Shown here: positions 6,624-13,300 of the stretch, one piece after another
How the letters are laid out: every line of letters starts with the position of its first letter
Position numbering within the stretch: position 1 is the stretch's first letter
Origin: a virus
Taxonomy: Duplodnaviria; Heunggongvirae; Uroviricota; Caudoviricetes
Strand: one strand, 5' to 3'
Virus record (IMG/VR): IMGVR_UViG_3300048904_000202
Location: 132,007-164,476 of that record
DNA: 32,470 nucleotides
Position numbers and translations under genes: made by a program
The notes under the pieces: model-generated
What the model was told of the DNA's origin: nothing
What the model saw: the letters and a program-made list of their open reading frames with translations, nothing else
The model's database searches: none

Positions 6624-6800
6624 ATGGAAACGACGACTCACCACATAACAGCGGCCTTGCGGGACAAGCGCATTGCGCAGATCATGAAAAGAGAAGGCTT
6701 CGACTATCTCGGCGCTTACCGCCGCGATCAAGCAAGGCAGGCTGTCAACGCCACGCTACGCGCTGCGCCACGTTGTGCCTCAATCAACATGTGCAAATGA
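6624..6800 (+). CDS. Hypothetical protein, 58 aa (METTTHH…), probably leaderless
   Basis: No SD, but TAGACT-N17-TAAACT (6589/6612) places the start site at about the ATG. Confidence 0.5.
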   Translation: METTTHHITAALRDKRIAQIMKREGFDYLGAYRRDQARQAVNATLRAAPRCASINMCK

Positions 6801-6807
6801 CGTGCTA

Positions 6808-6889
6808 CTCGTGGAAGATACGTGGAATATGACTTGACCGAATCGATACGACTCGTCTATAAACGAATCACTGATTAGGGAGACACGAC
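6808..6889 (+). promoter_or_regulatory. Early cassette promoter-leader G (divergent copy)
   Basis: CTCGTGGA 6808, TTGACC-N18-TATAAA, three GANTC, GGGAGACACGACATG. Confidence 0.75.
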
Positions 6890-7183
6890 ATGACCAACGC
6901 AATGCCCGCTTTCACTGTCCTAGTTAACAAGCTGGCTATCGGTCGCGTTAGCGCTGTATCGCACGCACAAGCGATGACCCGTGCCCGCGCCCTTGCCCGC
7001 GCCGCTGGCCACGCCCGGTTCGAGATCGAGGCGGAAGGCAACGTCACCCTTGACCGCGCCGCACGCACCAATTTCAGCCGCTCCGATACGTCCTATAGCG
7101 CGGGCCGCGCCCCCTACGCCACGCCGGGCTTTGAAGAGCGCCGCGCTGCTATGATAGCAGCCTATAAGGCGGGCGCGCTCTAA
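6890..7183 (+). CDS. Hypothetical early protein, 97 aa, Ala/Arg-rich
   Basis: ATG behind conserved SD; strong terminator after. Confidence 0.8.
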   Translation: MTNAMPAFTVLVNKLAIGRVSAVSHAQAMTRARALARAAGHARFEIEAEGNVTLDRAARTNFSRSDTSYSAGRAPYATPGFEERRAAMIAAYKAGAL

Positions 7184-7204
7184 GCCACACACCCGACGCC
7201 ACAC

Positions 7205-7240
7205 AGCGCCGCCTAGCAGCCCAGCTAGGCGGCGCTTTTT
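7205..7240 (+). terminator. Strong intrinsic terminator closing the early array
   Basis: 13-bp perfect stem AGCGCCGCCTAGC/GCTAGGCGGCGCT plus T run. Confidence 0.9.
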
Positions 7241-7538
7241 CGTGCCCGTGTTCATTAAGGTAAACGATTCGTTAACTATAACGACACGATCGCGCTTAGC
7301 GACGCGTTAGGATTGTGCGTCGCTAACCTCACCGCGCGGCGCGACAGTATCACCAAAATTCGCTTGGCAGGCGCGTCCTAGGGAGAGCCTAGGGGACCCA
7401 AAGGGGTATACCCTCCGTTAACCAAACCGGCCCTCTAGGCGCGCGCCTAATGTAATAGAGGTCGGAATTTCAGAACTCTGCCGAGTCAAGTTTCGCTCGA
7501 CTTTTCCGTCCGATGGTGTTAGTATCTCTGTCCATGGT

Positions 7539-7849
7539 CATCACGGCCATCCCATCACTCGCAAAGGGACCCACGGGGGACCCATCCCGCACATCACGGA
7601 CAAATCGAACCCCGTCAATTTTGTACACCCATATCGACAAATTCAGAACTGTGATCCTCGCAAGCGGATCGCAGTTTTCTCACCCACAGGGTGAGGAGAA
7701 CTCTACCCGGCCGTCGAATTGGCATCACGGCGAAATGAGTAGGGGACCCATCGACGGTACGTCATCACGGCAGACTTCGAATGGGTCCCATTGGCGGTAT
7801 CACATCACGGCCAGAGGATAGAGGTCTCCTCGGCAGTATCACATCACCG
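7539..7849. repeat. CATCACGG direct repeats, the last four with ~40-bp period, interleaved with GGGACCC
   Basis: CATCACGG at 7539, 7592, 7723, 7763, 7803; CATCACCG at 7842; GGGACCC at 7566, 7577, 7743 and reverse at 7783. Confidence 0.75.
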
Positions 7850-7940
7850 CGAGTGATGAGCGATCGAACCGTCAGGCTTGTCCAGCTTGATACCCTTCAT
7901 CGCAGCGACCGGCCGAGCCGGCGCAATCACGGAGTCTCCC

Positions 7941-8690
7941 GTGTCCAAGCCCAAGCAGAAGTTCTTCCCCACCGAACCGCAGCACAAGGAAGCCCAGCAG
8001 GCCGTCCTAAAGCTGCCCACCGAGGAAATCCCGCTCAAGCCGCGTAACGCGACCCAGCGCTTCTATTTCCGCTCCTGCCAGAACATCAACTACCCCTACG
8101 TCATCGGCCACGGTCCGGCCGGCGGCGGTAAGACCCACGGGCCAGTGATTGCGGCGATCAACGCTCTCCGTGCCGGAGAGATTCAGAAGATCATCATCAC
8201 GCGCCCGATGGTCGGCGCCGGTGGTGAGGACTTGGGCACGCTTCCGGGCGGCGTCGTCGAGAAAGTGGCACCGTGGTGCATCCCGATCCTCGACATCCTC
8301 AAGGAGCATTACACCCCTGCACAGGTCGCGTCGCTGATCGAGCGGGAGATCATCGAGATCGCGCCACTCGCGCTGATGCGTGGCCGCACCCTCAAGAACG
8401 CCTACATCATCGTGGACGAAGCGCAGAACACGACACCCGAGCAGATGGAAATGATGCTCACCCGGCTCGGCGAGGGCAGTCGCATGTTCATCACCGGCGA
8501 CGAGAAGCAGCACGATCGCGAATATGCGCTGCCGGGTCTGGTCGACCTGCTGCGCCGCCTCGAACGCTATCCGAACGACGATTTCGCCATCCACGGCTTC
8601 CGCAAGTCGGATTGCGTTCGTCACCCGGCGATCCAGAACGTGTTGAACATGTATGCGGGCGAACCGGTCGGCATGGCGGTGGCGGCATGA
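7941..8690 (+). CDS. phoH: PhoH-family ATPase
   Basis: Walker A GPAGGGKT, IIITRP, RGRTL, DEAQN, GDEKQHD; GTG start behind GGAG at 7931. Confidence 0.95.
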   Translation: MSKPKQKFFPTEPQHKEAQQAVLKLPTEEIPLKPRNATQRFYFRSCQNINYPYVIGHGPAGGGKTHGPVIAAINALRAGEIQKIIITRPMVGAGGEDLGTLPGGVVEKVAPWCIPILDILKEHYTPAQVASLIEREIIEIAPLALMRGRTLKNAYIIVDEAQNTTPEQMEMMLTRLGEGSRMFITGDEKQHDREYALPGLVDLLRRLERYPNDDFAIHGFRKSDCVRHPAIQNVLNMYAGEPVGMAVAA

Positions 8691-9115
8691 CCGGAGAGCT
8701 TCGACATAGCCAAGCGAGCCAGCAGGGCGAGCTTCCTGTCATTCACGCGACCGTCATGACGCAAGGGGAGGGCGGCCACCCGGCCGCCTTCCTTCGCGCC
8801 GGCTGCCAACTGACGACTGAGGCGCCGCCATCCCGGCCAAAGGATAAGCTGGCGATCGTCTGTGCCAGCATGGACCACGCGGACAAAGTTGCCCGTCAAT
8901 ACGGGATCACCAACGCCCAGCGCAGGAATGAGGATGTCATGATCCTCGTGCCCGGACAGGCCGTCGTGGGCCACCGCTTCCACACCGTCCTCGTGACGGA
9001 CTGGTTCAACTTTCACCAGAAACATGCTGGCGAGAGCCGCCGCGCCTCCTTGCAGGAGTGGATCGAGGTAGACCTTCGCATCCGCGTCGGTACCGGAAAG
9101 ATCATCTACCTGTGA
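8687..9115 (+). CDS. Hypothetical protein, 142 aa
   Basis: ATGA overlap with phoH. Confidence 0.65.
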   Translation: MTGELRHSQASQQGELPVIHATVMTQGEGGHPAAFLRAGCQLTTEAPPSRPKDKLAIVCASMDHADKVARQYGITNAQRRNEDVMILVPGQAVVGHRFHTVLVTDWFNFHQKHAGESRRASLQEWIEVDLRIRVGTGKIIYL

Positions 9116-9393
9116 GCGTCAAGACCTGCATCATCGCCGAGCATGACATTGCCTGCCAGCAGCTTCGCCGAGAACTCGCGATCGGACCGGCCGGTGCATC
9201 ACTCGTCCACGCCAACCCTTACTTCCACGTCCTGACGCCGGGCGAGATGCCGTGTGCCGTCATGTACGATGAGGTGATAATCTTCGAGAGCGTGGACGAG
9301 AAGATTGCAACCTGCCCGCGCCACGAGGACTGGTTCGAGACTTGCATCCGCACCCGGATGACGCGAGACGCCCAGATCGTGATCGTCAAATGA
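9112..9393 (+). CDS. Hypothetical protein, 93 aa
   Basis: GTGA overlap; resembles the C-terminal half of the preceding ORF in layout. Confidence 0.65.
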   Translation: MSVKTCIIAEHDIACQQLRRELAIGPAGASLVHANPYFHVLTPGEMPCAVMYDEVIIFESVDEKIATCPRHEDWFETCIRTRMTRDAQIVIVK

Positions 9394-9605
9394 ACGATCC
9401 TTGCCGCATCGTGGAGATCAAGGAAGTCTCGGCTAAGTGCTGTCCGTTCTGCGGCCGACAAGACATCCGCACGTTGCGGACCAAGGAAAACATGTGGGCT
9501 ACGATCTGCTACCCGTTCGAGGACGGTTGCGGTGCCCGCACCGATTACCATTTCAGTGCTTGGTCATCACGCGCCGCGTGGGACCGCCGGGTGGACCCTA
9601 CTTGA
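9390..9605 (+). CDS. Lar-family (restriction alleviation-like) zinc-binding protein, 71 aa
   Basis: CPFCG … C … GCGA … AAWDRR pattern typical of the Lar family; ATGA overlap. Confidence 0.65.
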   Translation: MNDPCRIVEIKEVSAKCCPFCGRQDIRTLRTKENMWATICYPFEDGCGARTDYHFSAWSSRAAWDRRVDPT

Positions 9606-9639
9606 CATATTCCAGAACCTGTGTTAGTTTAACTGACAC
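9602..9639 (+). promoter_or_regulatory. Sigma70-type promoter with overlapping palindrome
   Basis: TTGACA-N17-TAGTTT; GTGTTAGTT-T-AACTGACAC at 9621-9639. Confidence 0.7.
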
Positions 9640-9960
9640 TGGTATCTGACCGAGATGGGGCTGGCGCGTAGTCGGCCTTCCATCTTGTGGACGAGACGAC
9701 AGGGTTGATGGATGGCAGCGGCTTCTTTGGTCGGTTGCCGCATCGTCCGTAGAGGAGTCGGTTCGGGCGTTCGTCCGCACGGCTCGGTCTCCAAACCTCC
9801 TTGCGTTCATGAACGGCATCACGGCCTGATCCGGTATTCGGACTGCCTGACCTTCGAGTGAGGTCACGAAGGGCGGTCCACCCCAAGGGAGCCTAGGGCA
9901 CAGGCGAAAGCCCCTGTCCGGTCGAAGCTCCCGCCCCATTCTTTCTGTCCAGCGCCCGTC
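9640..9960 (+). ncRNA. Candidate structured non-coding RNA or very long structured portal leader
   Basis: At least 7 hand-identified helices, GAAA tetraloop, no credible + strand ORF, own promoter. Confidence 0.45.
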
Positions 9961-10082
9961 ATTGCGCCTCCTTCCCGGCTTATGCCCTTGTGCCGGGGGA
10001 CACGAACAAGGGCCGTCTCCCTAACCTGCCCGGCTGCGCGTCTCCATCCGCGCGCCGGGCACTTTTTACGGACATCCTTCCC

Positions 10083-11894
10083 TTGGCCTCCGCCCCGCCC
10101 GAAAAGATCACCAAGAAGCAGGCCAAGTCATATCAGGCGCGGCAGGCGGCCTACGCGGCCAAGCGTTCCAAGCAACAGCTTGCCGATCTCATGCCGGCGT
10201 TCGTCAACTGGGACTATACCAACTGGCGCGACATCTGGCGCTCGATCCGACACGCGATGATCGGTGAAGTCGCCATCAAGCAGCAGGGCAAAATGTACCT
10301 GCCGCAGCCCGAGGGGATGGATGACGGCCAGTACGCCGCCTATCTCGATCGCGCCGTCTTCTACAACATGGTCTATCGCACGGTCACCGGACTCACCGGT
10401 GCCATCTTCCGTCGCGATCCGCGCCTCCTCAAAGCCAGCACGAACCTGACGGCTCTCACCAAGCGCGTTTCGAAGGACGGCCTCTCCCTCAATATCTTCG
10501 CCAAGGTCGTGGCGCAGGAAATGCTCTCGGTCGGCCGCTTCGGCATTCTGGCCGACAAGGCGGCATCCGACAGCCTCACGGCCAAGCCGTACCTCGCGGG
10601 ATATACCTGCGAGAACATCTTGGACTGGACGTGGACCGAGATCGACGGCCGCAACGAGTACGATTACATCTTGCTGCGCGAGTTCATCATGGACCGCCGC
10701 ATGTGGATCGCCGAGGGGAAGCAACTCGTCTCGAACCCGAGCTACGGTCAGCTTTTCTGCGCGTACCGCTGCCTTCGCCTGATCTACAACCCGGAGTTCG
10801 ATCGCTGGGAGTACATTCAGGAATATTACACCCGTGGCAACGAAGACGCGGACCTGACGGAAGACCCGGAGATCACGCAGCCGCTGATCTTTGGCGTGCC
10901 GATGAATCGCATCCCGTTCAGCTTCTTCAACGCGACGACCAACCTTGGCGACATCGAGAAGCCGCCGGTCCTCGACATCCTGTCGCTGAACCTTTCCCAC
11001 TACAAGACATATGCTCAGCTTGAGCATGGTCGCTTCTACACCGCGAACCCGGTCTACTGGGTGTCGGGGTCACAGGAAGACGACGAGTATCTGATCGGTC
11101 CATCAGTCGTCTGGGAAATTGGAACCAACGAAAAAGCAGGCCTCATCGAGTTTAATGGGCAGGGGCTCAAGTCGCTCGAAATCGCGCTCTCCACCAAGGA
11201 GACACAGGTCGCATCACTCGGCGGCCGGCTCATCGGCGACGCGGCAACTGCCGGTCAGTCCGACAATCAGATCAAGCTCAAGGATCGCAACGAACAGTCG
11301 CTGCTCCTCAACGTCACCACCGTCATCAACGAGAATTTCACGTTCCTGCTCGGCATCTTGGCTCAGTGGATGAACGAGAATACGGACGGTCTGGAGTTTC
11401 GGGTCAATCAGGACTTTCTCCTCGATGGCGCAGCAGCCCGCGAGTTCCGCGCCGTGGCGCAGATGTACGCGGACGGCATGGTACCGATCGAAATCTTCTA
11501 CGAGTATTTCCTCAAGAACGAGGTGATCCCCGATTACGTCGATCTGGAAACCTTCAAGAATCTCCTCGAAGACGCCAATCAGTTCCCGAACGATCCGGAC
11601 TTCGAAGCTCGCGTCGAAGGGTACAAGGACGCCGCTTCGAAGGTTTCCTCGGAGACCCAGATCAAGGTGGCCGAGATCACTGCCGGCGCGGCGACCGATG
11701 TGGCGGAAGCCAATAACGACACCAAGGTCGAGTTGCAGGAATCGCAGCAGCAGCACGACGCGCAGCAGAACGCCCAGCAGCGCAAGACGGACGAGAAGGT
11801 CGCCAAGAATCAGCCTCGGATTCCTCCGGTACCGACGCAAGGGCGACAGGCTCTCCAGCGCGATGCCACCAAGCCGGCCGGCGGGACCAAATAA
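10083..11894 (+). CDS. Portal protein (DUF4055-like); start uncertain (GTG 9990, TTG 10083 or ATG 10191)
   Basis: YLPQPEGMDDGQYAAYLDRAVFYN…RTVTGLTGAIFRRDP portal-type N-terminus; first gene of the head module. Confidence 0.85.
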   Translation: MASAPPEKITKKQAKSYQARQAAYAAKRSKQQLADLMPAFVNWDYTNWRDIWRSIRHAMIGEVAIKQQGKMYLPQPEGMDDGQYAAYLDRAVFYNMVYRTVTGLTGAIFRRDPRLLKASTNLTALTKRVSKDGLSLNIFAKVVAQEMLSVGRFGILADKAASDSLTAKPYLAGYTCENILDWTWTEIDGRNEYDYILLREFIMDRRMWIAEGKQLVSNPSYGQLFCAYRCLRLIYNPEFDRWEYIQEYYTRGNEDADLTEDPEITQPLIFGVPMNRIPFSFFNATTNLGDIEKPPVLDILSLNLSHYKTYAQLEHGRFYTANPVYWVSGSQEDDEYLIGPSVVWEIGTNEKAGLIEFNGQGLKSLEIALSTKETQVASLGGRLIGDAATAGQSDNQIKLKDRNEQSLLLNVTTVINENFTFLLGILAQWMNENTDGLEFRVNQDFLLDGAAAREFRAVAQMYADGMVPIEIFYEYFLKNEVIPDYVDLETFKNLLEDANQFPNDPDFEARVEGYKDAASKVSSETQIKVAEITAGAATDVAEANNDTKVELQESQQQHDAQQNAQQRKTDEKVAKNQPRIPPVPTQGRQALQRDATKPAGGTK

Positions 11895-12079
11895 TGTCGA
11901 CGCCGGAATACGAGATTCACTTGAACCACGATCGCTACGCGTCGCTGTGGGGCGGAAGTGACTCGGATTCCGAAAGCGTTCCGTTCGGCGAGGATGATAC
12001 TGAGATTGCCCGTCTCATTGAAGAAGAATTGGGTCCCTCGCGGCGACGCGGGCGGGCACGTAAGGTAGAGTCACGATAA
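11894..12079 (+). CDS. Small protein, 61 aa, acidic N-terminus and basic C-terminus
   Basis: TAATG overlap with portal. Confidence 0.6.
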   Translation: MSTPEYEIHLNHDRYASLWGGSDSDSESVPFGEDDTEIARLIEEELGPSRRRGRARKVESR

Positions 12080-12090
12080 CTTTTTTGGCG

Positions 12091-12136
12091 TTAAGGTTAA
12101 TTTTCCCTTGACTTCCACGAGATGGTCCAGTATGAT
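12091..12136 (+). promoter_or_regulatory. Strong sigma70-type promoter with TTAA-N7-TTGAC overlapping the -35
   Basis: TTGACT 12108, N17, TATGAT 12131; TTAAGGTTAA upstream; TCCACGAG (reverse CTCGTGGA) in the spacer. Confidence 0.85.
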
Positions 12137-12142
12137 TTACGC

Positions 12143-12378
12143 CATCTTTGATCTGATAGAGGTTTAGCCGGGGTCCGGCTTATCTACCCTGTCGATCCAT
12201 CCCAAAATCAGATGTTGGCCCACCTTGTAGGGCAACGACGCTCCGGGGGAGCGGTCTAACAGAATCCCCCACCCGAGATTTCGGACACCTCCGACGTGTC
12301 CAGAATGAAATCCTCCGGAGGGTCCGGAGGTAACGCATGTCTGCGTTTTCTCCAGTCCCTCGGTGAGGAACTTCAATA
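12143..12378 (+). ncRNA. Multi-hairpin 5' leader or ncRNA upstream of the scaffold gene
   Basis: At least 8 short perfect hairpins in ~235 nt, four with GG(G/T) triloops; the last one covers the SD. Confidence 0.45.
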
Positions 12379-13164
12379 ATGCCAATCATCAATTTCGACT
12401 CTCTTGAGCAGGTCCCCGAGGGGCTTCGCGAGGGTGCCAAGCCCGACGACCAGACCGGCAAGTACGTGGTCAACGTCGTGCTGAACAGCAAGCTGGACGA
12501 GTTCCGCGAACGTAACGTGGAGCAGGCCAAGAAGCTGGAAAAGCTGGAACCGCAAGTTCAGCGTCTCACGTCGATCGTGGGTGAAGACCCGGCCGCGTTC
12601 GAGAACGAACTGACCCAGCTTCGCGATATCCACAAGCGCGTCAATGATGGCGAGTTGAAGACCAACGACCAGATCGAGCAGGCCGTGCAGGATCGCGTCA
12701 AGGCGGTCAAGGACGGCTACGAAGAGACCAACAAGGCAGCGCGCAACGAGGCTCAGACCTTCAAGCAGCGCGCCGAGACGCTCCAGCAGAAGCTGGATCG
12801 CACGCGCATCGACAAGGAAGTCACTTCCGCTGTCATCCAGCCGGATAGCGGCGTCCGTCCCGAAGCACTCCCGGACGTTCTGGAGCGCGCCTACCGCCTG
12901 TTCAAGGTCGAGGATGAGAAGATCATCCCGAAGCAGGGCGAGGCGACGGTCTTCGGATCGAACGGCGCGGACCCGATGACGCCCAGCGAATGGCTGGTCA
13001 AGCTGCGTACCGAGGCTCCCCATTACTTCAAGGGGAACAACGGCGGCGGCGCGGCCGGCGGAGCGGACAAGATTGGCGGGTTCACCCGCAAGGAAGTCGC
13101 CGGACTGTCGGCGGCTCAGAAGCTCGCTCTGGCGAACGATCCCGCGACGGGCGGCAAGCGCTAA
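12379..13164 (+). CDS. Capsid scaffolding protein, 261 aa
   Basis: Coiled-coil-rich, C-terminal PHYFKGNNGGGAAGG; position between portal and major capsid. Confidence 0.75.
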   Translation: MPIINFDSLEQVPEGLREGAKPDDQTGKYVVNVVLNSKLDEFRERNVEQAKKLEKLEPQVQRLTSIVGEDPAAFENELTQLRDIHKRVNDGELKTNDQIEQAVQDRVKAVKDGYEETNKAARNEAQTFKQRAETLQQKLDRTRIDKEVTSAVIQPDSGVRPEALPDVLERAYRLFKVEDEKIIPKQGEATVFGSNGADPMTPSEWLVKLRTEAPHYFKGNNGGGAAGGADKIGGFTRKEVAGLSAAQKLALANDPATGGKR

Positions 13165-13181
13165 GGCGCTCGCCGCTCCTC

Positions 13182-13281
13182 AGTCTGGGTTGGCGTCGGA
13201 TCACACGAGATTGCCCCGGCTTTCGGCCGTCTGTCGGGGTTAGTTTAATCAACCTCTAGACGGCCAAAGTCAACCCAGACT
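13182..13281 (+). promoter_or_regulatory. Structured capsid mRNA leader: 13-bp stem enclosing an H-type pseudoknot
   Basis: 13182-94/13269-81; S1 13214-20/13233-39; S2 13225-32/13258-65. Confidence 0.6.
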
Positions 13282-13300
13282 CTACAGGAGTAACCTTTTC

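Noticed and set aside
1206-7280. GTTAAC-rich sites between cassettes as integron attC sites
   Set aside because: No RYYYAAC…GTTRRRY pair enclosing a long imperfect palindrome, no integrase in the window, and the cassettes carry their own promoters
7513-7940. ORF 7513-7821 and the N-terminal extension of PhoH from 7878
   Set aside because: They overlap the CATCACGG repeat region; a GGAG-preceded GTG at 7941 gives a normal-length PhoH
9750-9800. tRNA suggested by GTTCG motifs
   Set aside because: No GTTCRANYC T-loop, D-arm or cloverleaf with acceptor stem could be built
13182-13281. HDV-like or theta ribozyme, or a frameshift stimulator for the scaffold gene
   Set aside because: The topology is a single pseudoknot inside a closing stem, not the nested double pseudoknot; there is no slippery site at a suitable distance from the scaffold stop
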